Below, piece by piece: positions 41,232 to 50,319 of a DNA stretch of 64,000 nt. The stretch spans positions 32,469 to 96,468 of the forward strand of contig JAGAKK010000026.1 in assembly GCA_017625675.1 (NCBI GenBank). Reading direction: 5' to 3'. This DNA is from Clostridia bacterium (GTDB lineage: Bacteria > Bacillota > Clostridia > UBA1212). Positions within the stretch are counted from its first letter, which is position 1. The number at the start of each line of letters is the position of its first letter. The notes below the pieces were generated by a model. That model did not search any database, had not been told where the DNA came from, and saw nothing but the letters and a program-made list of their open reading frames with translations. The position numbers and the translations under genes are program-made.

Positions 41232-41369
41232 CCCTGCATCACCTCCAAAAAGGACCTCAATCTTTTCCCTTAGACATAGTATATCAAAAAACCTTATATT
41301 ACGCAACAAAATACCATTTAAAAACACAAAAAAGAGGAACTGCTTCAAACAGTCCCTCTGAATTCAATT

Positions 41370-42359
41370 TTATCTCTCTTCTCTGAAATACGGAAGCCCA
41401 AGGCTCTCCGGAGGCTGGTACTCACGCTTTTTACGCATACTTGTAATAATAAGTACGATAATCGTTACCACGTAAGGAAGCATTTTGAAAAGCTCCTGAG
41501 TTTCTGTTCCAAGGCCCTGAATGTAGTTGTTTGCATTACACAAAGCACCGAAAGCAAAAGCTCCGATAATTGCAATAGAAGGATTCCACAGCGCAAAAAT
41601 TACCAATGCAATGGCCATCCATCCACGATCACCGAAGGCGTTATTTGACCATACGCCGCTTGCGTAGGACATTACGTACTGGAGACCGCCCAAGCCTGCA
41701 ATAGCACTTCCGATACAGGTTGCAAAATACTTATACTTGGTAACGTTTATTCCTGCCGCATCCGCCGTTGCAGGGTTTTCACCAACCGCACGAAGATTCA
41801 ATCCCACGCGGGTACGCTTGAGAACAATCGTAGCAACTACAGCAATTACAATCGCAAGGTACGTTAAGAAATCATGGGACAAGAACAACTCTCCAAACCA
41901 CCCCAGCTTTTCTGCGAAGGGAAGCTTTGCGGAGAAAAAGGAGCTTGTCTTAGTAAGGGCAATGGAAGGAAGCTCACTCTTTGTAATGTTGATAAGTGAT
42001 GCGCCAAGGAAGTTTCCGAGGCCAATACCCAAAGTCGTAAGGGCAAGACCGGTTACGTTCTGGTTTGCGTGAAGTGTTACGGTAAGGAAACAATAAATAA
42101 GTCCCATAAGAGAAGCACCCACAAGAGCGCACACCAAAGGAATAATAACAGCCAGAAAAGGATTCATATTGGCAATATCATTGCCGCAGGCATTCTCGTA
42201 AAGGAAAGAACCTACAACGCCGCTGATAGCGCCTACGTACATCGTGCCGGGAATACCCAGGTTAAGATGGCCGGACTTCTCCGTCAGAATCTCACCGGTT
42301 GAACCGTAAAGAAGCGGCACGCCTAAAAGTATCGCTCTGCAAATAAACTGAATGATCAT
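41370..42359 (-). CDS. nucleoside (BMP-type) ABC transporter permease
   Basis: 329 aa, ~8 predicted TM helices, homologous to NupQ/YufQ-type permeases. Operon with BMP binding protein. Confidence 0.8.
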   Translation of the reverse strand: MIIQFICRAILLGVPLLYGSTGEILTEKSGHLNLGIPGTMYVGAISGVVGSFLYENACGNDIANMNPFLAVIIPLVCALVGASLMGLIYCFLTVTLHANQNVTGLALTTLGIGLGNFLGASLINITKSELPSIALTKTSSFFSAKLPFAEKLGWFGELFLSHDFLTYLAIVIAVVATIVLKRTRVGLNLRAVGENPATADAAGINVTKYKYFATCIGSAIAGLGGLQYVMSYASGVWSNNAFGDRGWMAIALVIFALWNPSIAIIGAFAFGALCNANNYIQGLGTETQELFKMLPYVVTIIVLIITSMRKKREYQPPESLGLPYFREER

Positions 42360-43444
42360 TCGGCTACCTCCTTTTTGTGCTTGTTAAACTTAATTGAATA
42401 ATGTATAAAGAATTCACAGCCCACCAGCATAAGAATTACAATACCTACCATAATCTCTGAGAATGAGGAGTTGAGCTGTGCGCTGTCTGCCACCTTTGCA
42501 ACACCCAGACGGAGAAATACTACGATAGCGGTCATAATAACCATTATAAACGGATTGAACTGTCCAAGCCAGGACATCAGAATCGCAGTGAAACCTTGGC
42601 CGCCTACACTGTTTATATTTATGCTGTGATCTGTTCCTGCTACGAGGAGCATACCGGTAATACCACACAAAGCACCTGAAATTATCATTGTACGGATAAT
42701 TACTTTCTTTACGTCAATACCAATATATCTTGCAGTGTTGTGACTTTCACCTACTACGGATATTTCATAACCCTGCTTGCTGTACTTGAGGTAAATAAAC
42801 ATTGCCACGGTAATTGCCGCAACGATTACAATGTTTACGAAGTATTTATTGTTGCCTACTGCAGGGAAATTACCTGCTGCCACAGGATTGATTACGTTAG
42901 AGCCGCCGCCCTTTATGTAAACGTAGTAAGCAATTATCTGGGTGGCAATGTAGTTCATCATAAGAGTGAACAATGTCTCGTTGGTATTAAAAACTGCTTT
43001 GAATATGGCAGGAATAACACCCCACAGAGCTCCTGCAAGCATACTGGTTACGGCAATGGTTGCTATAAGCAACGGATAGGAGAGCTTATCTCCCAGCTCA
43101 ATCATGCAAATGATCGAAGCAAGACCGCCCATAAGGGCCTGTCCCTCTGCGCCGCAGTTCCAGAACTTCATTTTAAAAGCAGGAGTAAGTGCTAATGCCA
43201 GGGACAAAAGAATGGCAATATCCTGTAAATATTTCCAGAGCATTGTGGTTTTTCCTTCAAAAAGACGACCGAATACCCCAAGAAACATTTTTTCATAAGT
43301 TTCGCCAAAGCCTTTTCCTGTAACTACAGTGGAAATTATACCCACAAGCAATATTGCAATAATAATGGTTGCGCCTCTGATCAGCCAAGCCTTCCACAAA
43401 GGCATATCATCACGCTTTACAACGTGGAAAAACGTTTTATTCAT
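42356..43444 (-). CDS. nucleoside (BMP-type) ABC transporter permease
   Basis: 362 aa multi-TM, NupP/YufP-like. 4-nt overlaps on both sides. Confidence 0.8.
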   Translation of the reverse strand: MNKTFFHVVKRDDMPLWKAWLIRGATIIIAILLVGIISTVVTGKGFGETYEKMFLGVFGRLFEGKTTMLWKYLQDIAILLSLALALTPAFKMKFWNCGAEGQALMGGLASIICMIELGDKLSYPLLIATIAVTSMLAGALWGVIPAIFKAVFNTNETLFTLMMNYIATQIIAYYVYIKGGGSNVINPVAAGNFPAVGNNKYFVNIVIVAAITVAMFIYLKYSKQGYEISVVGESHNTARYIGIDVKKVIIRTMIISGALCGITGMLLVAGTDHSININSVGGQGFTAILMSWLGQFNPFIMVIMTAIVVFLRLGVAKVADSAQLNSSFSEIMVGIVILMLVGCEFFIHYSIKFNKHKKEVAE

Positions 43445-44999
43445 CCTGAACCTCTCCTTGTTGCTCGGTTTTTGTCATCAAAAGACCTATCTCTTCCTTC
43501 GTGGTAGTTCTTCCGTCCACTGTTCCCGTAATTCTTCCGGAGCCTATTACCATTATTCTGTCACAAAGCTCAATAAGAACGTCAAGGTCCTCACCTACGA
43601 AAATTACTGCAACTCCCTTTTTCTTCTGTTCATTGAGAAGGTTGTAAATAAGATAGGAGGAGTTAATGTCAAGGCCTCTTACAGGGTATGCCGCCATAAG
43701 CACGGTAGGAGCAGCCGCAATCTCACGACCTACGAGCACCTTCTGTACGTTACCGCCGGAAAGTCTTCTTACAGGGGTAGAAGCACCGGGAGTAACAACC
43801 TCCAAGTCCTCGATAATATGCTGGGCAAGATCCTTAGGCCCTTTTCTCTCAAGGAATACTGACCTGCCTTTTCGGTAGCTTCTCAGCATCATATTATCGG
43901 TAATATCCATATTGCCTACAAGACCCATTCCCAGACGGTCCTCGGGCACGAATGAAAGACGCACGCCAAGGTCTCTTATCTGCATAGGAGTTTTGTTACG
44001 GAGATTTTCCTCTTTTCCGGTTTTCGGGTCATTGTAAACAATCTCTCCGCATTGCACCTGCTGAAGTCCTGCAATAGCCTCCAGAAGCTCACGCTGACCT
44101 GAGCCTGCAATACCTGCAATACCCAGAATTTCGCCGGAATTCGCTGTAAAGGATATATCGTCAAGAATTTTTATTCCGTTGCGGTCAATACAATCAAGAT
44201 CCTTAATCACGAGACGAGGAACCGGATCTACCGGCTCACTTCTATCAATATTAAGAGATACCTTCTTTCCAACCATCATCTCCGTAAGTTCAGACTCGTT
44301 GGTTTCAGCGGTAATAACCGTTCCTACGTACTCACCTTTACGGAGAACTGCAACCTTATCGGAAAGGGACAGAACCTCGTGCAATTTGTGTGTAATAATA
44401 ATGATACACTTTCCGTCGTCACGCATACGGCGCAAAATACTGAAAAGTCGCTCTGTTTCCTGAGGCGTCAATACCGCAGTAGGCTCGTCAAGAATAAGAA
44501 TATCCGCGCCACGATAAAGAACCTTAATGATTTCTACAGTCTGCTTTTCAGAAACCGACATAGTATATATCTTCTTCTCAGGATTTATTTCAAAGCCATA
44601 CTGGCTGCTGATCTCCTTGATTTTCTCTGTAGAAGCCTTAAGGTCGTACTTTCCCTCGTTAAGTCCGAGAACAATATTTTCAGCAGCGCTGAAAGCATCT
44701 ACAAGCTTAAAATGCTGGTGAATCATTCCAATCTTATACTTAAAGGCATCCTTAGGAGATGCGATAACCGCCTCCTGACCGTCAATAAAGATCTGGCCTT
44801 CATCAGGGAAATATATACCTGATATCATATTCATAAGTGTGGTCTTTCCGCTGCCGTTCTCTCCTAAAATGGAAAGAATCTCACCGCGATATGCAGTAAG
44901 ATTAACGTTTTTATTGGCAACAACTTTACCAAACACCTTCGTAATATTCTTCAATTCTATTGCCGATTGTTTTGTCACGTTTTCCCTCCGTTCAGACAA
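43437..44999 (-). CDS. nucleoside/sugar-type ABC transporter ATP-binding protein (tandem ATPase domains)
   Basis: 520 aa with two Walker A motifs (GENGSGKTT and a second degenerate one) and two signature motifs. Confidence 0.85.
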   Translation of the reverse strand: MSERRENVTKQSAIELKNITKVFGKVVANKNVNLTAYRGEILSILGENGSGKTTLMNMISGIYFPDEGQIFIDGQEAVIASPKDAFKYKIGMIHQHFKLVDAFSAAENIVLGLNEGKYDLKASTEKIKEISSQYGFEINPEKKIYTMSVSEKQTVEIIKVLYRGADILILDEPTAVLTPQETERLFSILRRMRDDGKCIIIITHKLHEVLSLSDKVAVLRKGEYVGTVITAETNESELTEMMVGKKVSLNIDRSEPVDPVPRLVIKDLDCIDRNGIKILDDISFTANSGEILGIAGIAGSGQRELLEAIAGLQQVQCGEIVYNDPKTGKEENLRNKTPMQIRDLGVRLSFVPEDRLGMGLVGNMDITDNMMLRSYRKGRSVFLERKGPKDLAQHIIEDLEVVTPGASTPVRRLSGGNVQKVLVGREIAAAPTVLMAAYPVRGLDINSSYLIYNLLNEQKKKGVAVIFVGEDLDVLIELCDRIMVIGSGRITGTVDGRTTTKEEIGLLMTKTEQQGEVQDE

Positions 45000-45118
45000 T
45001 TTTTAATTTTCAAGAAATCGTTATAGACCCATAGCAATTTCTTCAAAACTAAACAATTTAACTTAAAACGAGGGAGTTTTGCCTCCCCCGCTTTAAATTT
45101 GATTCAAGTTAAATTATA

Positions 45119-46318
45119 TCAGCCGTAGTTTCTGTCGAGGAGAGTGATACCGTCAATTTCCATATCGAAATAAGGAGCAGAACGGTGCTTGGACTCGTAG
45201 AAAATACCATCCTCAATAGCCTCAGTATCCTTTGCAAACTCTGCATCAGTGTCAACGTCAGCCATATAAGATGTAACTGCATTGCCGCCTACTGTGAAGT
45301 TAGCAGTGTCAAATACCTTGATAGAACCATCGAGAAGCTTTGCCTTAACGTCAGCGATCTTCTCTGCAGTACCCTCTGCAGCAGCCTTTTCATTTACGTC
45401 TGTGAGAACAACGGAGCCTGTCTCAATTGTACCTGTCCAGTCAGCAGCAATTTCTGTACCATCCTGAACGCACTTAATCATATACTTGAAGTAAGGAGTC
45501 CAGTCGATTCTGGAAGAAACGATGAATGTGTTAGGACAAGCGGCAACTGTAGAACCGTTGTAAGAAACGTTGGGAACACCAGCAGTTTCACATGCAGTAG
45601 GAGCACCCATAGAGTCAGCGTGCTGGCTGATAAGAACGCAACCGCCGGAAATAAGAGCCTGTGCAGCCTCTTTCTCCTTCTGCTCGTCATACCAGGAACC
45701 TGTGAACTTAACGTCCATAGTAACGGAAGGACAAACAGACTTAGCGCCAAGGTAGAAAGATGTGTAACCTGACATAACCTCTGCGAAAGTGAATGCGCCA
45801 ACGTAACCCATCTTAGCCTGCTCAGCAGTGATCTTTCCGTCATCGATCATCTCGTTGAGCTTAAGACCGGCTGCTACACCTGCAAGGTAACGACCCTCGT
45901 AGATAGAAGCGAATGCATTGTGGAAGTTCTTAACACCTGCTGTGTGAGCCTGTGTACCTGTTGCGTGGCAGAACTGAACGTCAGGATACTCTTTAGCAGC
46001 CTGAATAAGGAATGACTCGTGACCAAAGCTGTCAGCAAAGATAATGTCGCAGCCGTCAGACTCGATAAGCTCTACAGCAGCGTCATAGCACTTCTGAGAC
46101 TCAGGAATCTGTGTCTTCTGAACATATTCAACATTCATTTCTTTACATGCTGCCTTAGCTGCATCAATGAAGTTCTTGTCATAGGTGGACTGCTCATCGT
46201 GAAGGAAGATAAAACCAACCTTCAAGGACTCACCCTTGTCGGAGTCAGCGTTGTCACCACAAGCTGCAAGGCTGAAAACCATTACAACCATCAAAAGAAT
46301 TGCGAGTAATTTTTTCAT
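45119..46318 (-). CDS. BMP family ABC transporter substrate-binding lipoprotein (PnrA/TmpC-like, nucleoside-binding)
   Basis: About 399 aa from an internal ATG (MKKLLAILLMVVMVFSLAACGDN lipobox). BMP/Bmp fold residues. Confidence 0.85.
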   Translation of the reverse strand: MKKLLAILLMVVMVFSLAACGDNADSDKGESLKVGFIFLHDEQSTYDKNFIDAAKAACKEMNVEYVQKTQIPESQKCYDAAVELIESDGCDIIFADSFGHESFLIQAAKEYPDVQFCHATGTQAHTAGVKNFHNAFASIYEGRYLAGVAAGLKLNEMIDDGKITAEQAKMGYVGAFTFAEVMSGYTSFYLGAKSVCPSVTMDVKFTGSWYDEQKEKEAAQALISGGCVLISQHADSMGAPTACETAGVPNVSYNGSTVAACPNTFIVSSRIDWTPYFKYMIKCVQDGTEIAADWTGTIETGSVVLTDVNEKAAAEGTAEKIADVKAKLLDGSIKVFDTANFTVGGNAVTSYMADVDTDAEFAKDTEAIEDGIFYESKHRSAPYFDMEIDGITLLDRNYG

Positions 46319-46448
46319 GAAAAAAACCCCTTCTAAAAAATATTTTTTATGTAAATAAAAATTTACATACGACAACTTATCCTATCACGAACGGCAGTCA
46401 TTGTCAACAAAATATCGACAATAACCGCCGTAAATTACTAAGGAATAT

Positions 46449-46474
46449 GTGTCAGGGGGACAGTCCACTGTCAC
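46449..46474. repeat. degenerate family-2 palindrome (variant containing GACAGT-cc-ACTGTC)
   Basis: ATGTGTCAGGGGGACAGTCCACTGTCACG, between the RDD gene and the BMP operon. Shares the CAGGGGGACAG 11-mer with family 1. Confidence 0.5.
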
Positions 46475-46489
46475 GTTTTTTCCAAACGC

Positions 46490-46876
46490 TTATTTATTGT
46501 TTATGTTTTTGACAACATCCAAACCAAGCTCTTTATCCATCATCTTATATTTCTCACCTTTATGGAGCACCTGTATTACGTCTACAAACCATAACGGAGT
46601 AGCTATATTGTGCAATATTCTTTTACCCACAGAAACCTTCTCTGATGGATTTTTTACGTTTATTATTTTTAACCCGGTAATACATTTGCCCAGACTTCTT
46701 CCGAAAACATCTTTAAGAATAAACAAAACCAAGCCGATAAGTATTATAAATTTAATATTATCAACGGAGGCTATATCCGGCCCTAAAATCGCCCCGGCAA
46801 CAGTAAAAACTGCCCACATAATTATAAACAAATCAATAGCGAAGGCTGCTGTTCTTCTTCCTAATGTTGAATCCAT
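46490..46876 (-). CDS. RDD-family small membrane protein
   Basis: About 128 aa from an ATG with an AAGGAGGT RBS (MDSTLGRR…). N-terminal R…D…D spacing with TM helices. AT-rich. Confidence 0.45.
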   Translation of the reverse strand: MDSTLGRRTAAFAIDLFIIMWAVFTVAGAILGPDIASVDNIKFIILIGLVLFILKDVFGRSLGKCITGLKIINVKNPSEKVSVGKRILHNIATPLWFVDVIQVLHKGEKYKMMDKELGLDVVKNINNK

Positions 46877-46940
46877 AATTTCGTTATACCTCCTTAATTC
46901 CATATTTTGATTAGTTTTTCGTTAAATGATTGAAAATTAT

Positions 46941-46965
46941 GTGACAGGGGGCTGACCCCTGTCAC
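46941..46965. repeat. family-2 perfect palindrome, copy A
   Basis: GTGACAGGGG-gctga-CCCCTGTCAC, about 60 nt upstream (minus strand) of the RDD gene start. Confidence 0.75.
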
Positions 46966-47263
46966 GCCTTTATACTAAATTGTGTTTCTGCATTAATAAT
47001 CGATGTATCTAAAGAGACATTAATTTTTTTAACATATAACTCATTCCTTTTCTTAATAATTTATAGAATAGGTTTATTATATTTGTTAATGGTGACAGAT
47101 GGTGTCAGTTTTATTTTGAAGTTTTTAATAAAACAAAGGAGACTTGAGATGGCCTCAGTAAAGTTAACTCTGTTGTTGCATTTTTTGCAAATATAGTAAT
47201 ACTCTTTTTGTGCTTTCTAAAAGAAACCGACTTTACGATGTGTTGTTTGAAAGTCGTTGTATA

Positions 47264-47731
47264 TCATTTTCTCACTATTTTGTCTGCAAATAAGTCTTCA
47301 AATTCTTCAATGGAACCTATGGTAAGCAGATCTTTTTGACAGATGAATTTCTCACTTATTTTTCCAAATGGGAAATTAATTTCGTAGAACTCGCCCCAAT
47401 CCCAAACGGTCTTTATATCGCTGATATTTCGTATTTCTTCATATTTGTCAGCAAGACAAGTAATATAGCCATCTTTTATAATTATTTTTTTAGGAGTTAT
47501 TGCTTTTTTTTCTTTCGCGCTATTTGGAATCCTTGCGCCTAAGGGAATAATTATAAACATTAAGCCATATAAAAGAATGATAATCCATGATTTTAGTTTT
47601 AGAGATAAATGGAGAACTGCCGGAAAAAATAATGTCAGTGACAAAAGCATAATGTTTTGGCCCAACGTTATGCTCTTTTGTCTAAACCTTTTCTCTGAAT
47701 TGCCAGTGATGTAACCGTCAAAAATAATCAT
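47264..47731 (-). CDS. small membrane protein, YcxB-like (2 TM + PH-like C-domain), possible immunity-type protein
   Basis: About 155 aa from an ATG with a GGAGGT RBS (MIIFDGYITG…). Two hydrophobic helices then a soluble C-terminal domain. Followed by a hairpin+U tract at ~47228-47262. Confidence 0.4.
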   Translation of the reverse strand: MIIFDGYITGNSEKRFRQKSITLGQNIMLLSLTLFFPAVLHLSLKLKSWIIILLYGLMFIIIPLGARIPNSAKEKKAITPKKIIIKDGYITCLADKYEEIRNISDIKTVWDWGEFYEINFPFGKISEKFICQKDLLTIGSIEEFEDLFADKIVRK

Positions 47732-47777
47732 ACAAATACCTCCAAAAATTTTATTTTCCCTCGTATTCAATAATTAT

Positions 47778-47819
47778 GTGACAGGGGTCTGACCCCTGTC
47801 ACGCCTCCTGCTCGTTGTC
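47778..47819. repeat. family-2 perfect palindrome with conserved flank, copy B
   Basis: GTGACAGGGG-tctga-CCCCTGTCAC plus GCCTCCTGCTCGTTGTC. About 46 nt upstream of the YcxB-like gene start. Confidence 0.8.
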
Positions 47820-47873
47820 ATATGAAAACAAATTTCAGTTTAAGAAAGCATATACTTGTTTTAAAGTCTTAGA

Positions 47874-48110
47874 TTATATTTCTTCAATTTGATATGATTT
47901 TTGGATATTATTAAACTCGTTATTTTTTAATAATTTTTCTAAATCATCTTTATATCTTGTATTAATTAATATTTTCTTTTCTTTACAAAAAACAAAAAAT
48001 TGATAAAATTCTGATTTTCTATATCTTTTACAATTATAGTTTTTTATATCTTTAAGTTGAACCTCAACGCTTTTAAATAAAGTTTTTAAAACTATTTTTT
48101 CATTAGTCAC
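47874..48110 (-). CDS. hypothetical small basic protein (doubtful)
   Basis: 78-aa ORF-track ORF with a GTG start and no convincing RBS, very AT-rich. My manual translation of the printed sequence shows a 1-nt frame inconsistency near 48060, so it is treated as questionable or a possible pseudogene. Confidence 0.2.
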   Translation of the reverse strand: MTNEKIVLKTLFKSVEVQLKDIKNYNCKRYRKSEFYQFFVFCKEKKILINTRYKDDLEKLLKNNEFNNIQKSYQIEEI

Positions 48111-48159
48111 TACAACTTTATATTTATAAGCATATAAATATCCATAAAAAATATTCTCC

Positions 48160-48294
48160 TTAGATTAAAACACTAATAAAAAACAATACACAAGCCGTGA
48201 CTCCTGCAACTGCCCTAGTTCCAGGGACTGGAACTGCGGCAAGTATGGCACAAAAAGCATAGCCCATAATTACCAACGGAGATGGTAATTTCAT
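48160..48294 (-). CDS. 44-aa hydrophobic peptide, translationally coupled to upstream 106-aa gene
   Basis: Not in the ORF track (<60 aa). MKLPSPLVIMGYAFCAILAAVPVPGTRAVAGVTACVLFFISVLI*. Its ATG overlaps the TGA of the 106-aa gene (ATGA). Single predicted TM helix. Confidence 0.35.
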   Translation of the reverse strand: MKLPSPLVIMGYAFCAILAAVPVPGTRAVAGVTACVLFFISVLI

Positions 48295-48611
48295 ATCTTG
48301 AGTAATTTTTTATTGTATATCTTTAATATTGTTGCATATCCGTTTACAATGCTTCCTTCTTGAAATGGGATTACCTGTCCCACCTCTAAAGAATTTGGAT
48401 AAAATTCCGGTGTTATAAACCAAACTTTAGCAACTGCTTGTTCACTAAAGTTTATTTCATCACAGTTTATAAGTTTAATTATTCCCGTTGTCAAATAATC
48501 ATCTTTTACTTTAAAGGCGGGTCTATAGCCACTACAAATTGTCTTTTTACTAGGTCTCTCGTTCTTTATTATGACTTTTATGTCTGCTAGTTGTTCTGGT
48601 GTTTTTTTCAT
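48291..48611 (-). CDS. hypothetical 106-aa protein (island gene, possible immunity/accessory protein)
   Basis: Starts MKKTPEQL…, about 66 nt downstream of a family-2 palindrome. No recognisable motifs. Confidence 0.45.
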   Translation of the reverse strand: MKKTPEQLADIKVIIKNERPSKKTICSGYRPAFKVKDDYLTTGIIKLINCDEINFSEQAVAKVWFITPEFYPNSLEVGQVIPFQEGSIVNGYATILKIYNKKLLKI

Positions 48612-48676
48612 CTTAACACATCCTATAAATATGCAATATATAATAAACTGTTGTTAAATGCATCTAACATGGATAT

Positions 48677-48718
48677 GTGACCGGGGTCTGACCCCTGTCA
48701 CACCTCCTGCTCGTTGTC
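48677..48718. repeat. family-2 palindrome with conserved flank, copy C
   Basis: GTGACCGGGG-tctga-CCCCTGTCAC (one arm mismatch) plus ACCTCCTGCTCGTTGTC, nearly identical to copy B over about 42 nt. Confidence 0.8.
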
Positions 48719-49067
48719 CTTGCTGAGTCTGCAATAGACTGCTGCGCTGTAAATGGTTTGCTCATAAAACCTACCGCAAGGGGAACGGAGTTGCTATGTA
48801 CCAGCAAGCATCGCGTTTGGTCACCCAAACACAGACTTGTCAGGAATATTCCTGAAACCCTTAAGGTATTCTTGAAAATGTGAAATTTTTTGTCGAATAC
48901 CTTTACAAAAGACTGCGGATTTCTAATAAAATATTGACCCATACGTCGTTCGAATATTCGTTTTCAAACTCATAATCGATCAGTCGTTCTTTTGGCAAAA
49001 TTAATGGCAAATAGCTTGGTATAACAAAGTCAAATATAAACCTTAATTTTTCGAGCGGAAAGCCATC

Positions 49068-49325
49068 TCATTGATTACATATAAGTCGATACAACTCACA
49101 AGGATGACTTTCGGCAATAATTGAAACAGCTCCAATTTGCTCATCCTCATCGCCTTCAAGAAACATCTTTATTAATTCTTCAAAAGAATAATTCTTACAA
49201 GAGGAAAAACAGATGTATCCTTCACCGTAATATGGTAAAATAACACTTTGTTTGAAAGAGCGATTTTTTTGGTATTTCTTTATTTTCTTTTCATCACGAA
49301 TATTAACCAAAACAAAATGTTTCAT
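49068..49325 (-). CDS. small immunity-like protein downstream of RHS remnant
   Basis: About 85 aa from an ATG with an AAGGAGA RBS (MKHFVLVNIRDEKK…). The longer ORF-track version (141 aa) lacks an RBS. Position is typical of an immunity gene after a toxin CT region. Confidence 0.4.
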   Translation of the reverse strand: MKHFVLVNIRDEKKIKKYQKNRSFKQSVILPYYGEGYICFSSCKNYSFEELIKMFLEGDEDEQIGAVSIIAESHPCELYRLICNQ

Positions 49326-49335
49326 ATATTTCTCC

Positions 49336-49696
49336 TTAATCGATAAAATGAAATACCATATTGATACCCATTTCTCTAAGTATCCAATACTCAACAGTAA
49401 GAAATGTGCTTTCAAATCTGATGCCACTCGCATTAAGAAAAATATGGACGGTTTCATTTGCAGACCTTGCAAATTGTTCTGATGCTGCATCAAACAAAGG
49501 TTTCATTATTTCCCACGCGGCATCCTTGCCCTGCTCTTTAATCAGTTTGTTTTGCATTTGGTTAAAATTTTCCCCTTTCGGGTCTCTTCCAAAACTCTCA
49601 AACCATTTTTCTTAGCAAATGATTTTGCTGCCTGAAAAACACTAGCATTTCCATTTCCTGACCAAAGAACAATGCCGCTACTTGCAGAAGGCCCAA
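49336..49696 (-). pseudogene. degenerate toxin C-terminal (CT) region following RHS core end
   Basis: No intact start. There is an in-frame 92-codon stretch (…KWFESFGRDPKGENFNQMQNKLIKEQ…HFID*) without an RBS, and frame changes relative to the RHS fragment. Confidence 0.35.
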
Positions 49697-50110
49697 TTAC
49701 GTATCCGAATTATATCCTAAATTCGTTCCGCTTGCGCCTAAATAAGTGGCTTCATCTGCACTAATAAACCGACCGATCTCAGGATCGTAATAACGGCTGG
49801 ATACATAGTACAGCCCTGTCTCGCTGTCGTAGTAATATCCCCTGTACCTTATGGGGTTAATAAGCCCTACGTGGCTCGCATCGGTAATGGTGTTAGAGCT
49901 TCCGTCCTTTACAGTAAGAAGCTTACCCCAGGCATCGTACTCGTATTTCGCTATGCACGTATTATCCGCAAGTCTCAGATCTATTACGTCACCCTGCAAG
50001 TTGGTGATGAAGTAATACGTAGTAGTGGTACTTCCGTTGTAGTACGCCATGCTGTAAGGCATACCGCTTTCGTCGTAGCAGTATGTTATACGGTTATTGC
50101 CCCAAGTGTC
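49697..50110 (-). pseudogene. RHS/YD-repeat protein 3' remnant (core-end fragment)
   Basis: Open from TAG at ~50111. Contains YD repeats (YCYDESG, YEYDAWGKLL, RYRGYYYDSETGLYY) and the core-end motif RYYDPEIGRFISAD. A premature stop follows; LGL comes just after the stop in frame. There is no upstream RHS body, as the amidase gene follows. Confidence 0.65.
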
Positions 50111-50282
50111 GTCGCAATAGACTTCGCTTTGCTATCGCTGCTGTTCGCACCGATTAGCCCCGCTCCGTCATTGCTCCTCTCCCCATTTAAAGCAAGCTTT
50201 AAACGGGGACCCCTTGAAGAAATATTATCACAATCATAGTAATTGTGCAATCCGCCATTGACGGTTTATGCTTTTGATAAAT

Positions 50283-50319
50283 AAAAAGAAAATGCTCCCC
50301 AAAAAGGAGAGCATCTTTT
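50283..50319 (-). terminator. intrinsic terminator after amidase gene (bidirectional form)
   Basis: Minus-strand AAGAUGCUCUCC-uuuuu-GGGGAGCAUUUUCUUUUUAU. The plus strand also reads hairpin+U6. Confidence 0.7.

Noticed and set aside
47149-47196. Tiny plus-strand ORF MASVKLTLLLHFLQI with AAGGAGA RBS, whose first 7 aa equal the N-terminus of MsmK (MASVKLT)
   Set aside because: The DNA uses different codons from msmK, so it is not a duplicated fragment. It is 15 codons and lies on the opposite strand to all island genes. Likely chance; kept only as a note.
46449-48718. Family-2 repeats as a CRISPR array or integron attC sites
   Set aside because: Only 3-4 copies, spaced ~840-900 bp with full genes between them, which is far too long for CRISPR spacers. 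No cas genes. No GTTRRRY/RYYYAAC integron core sites flank the palindromes and no intI is in the window.
49871-50239. 122-aa plus-strand ORF antisense to the RHS remnant
   Set aside because: It is a shadow ORF of the YD-repeat coding region (Tyr/Asp codons read on the opposite strand give V/I/R-rich peptide). No RBS.
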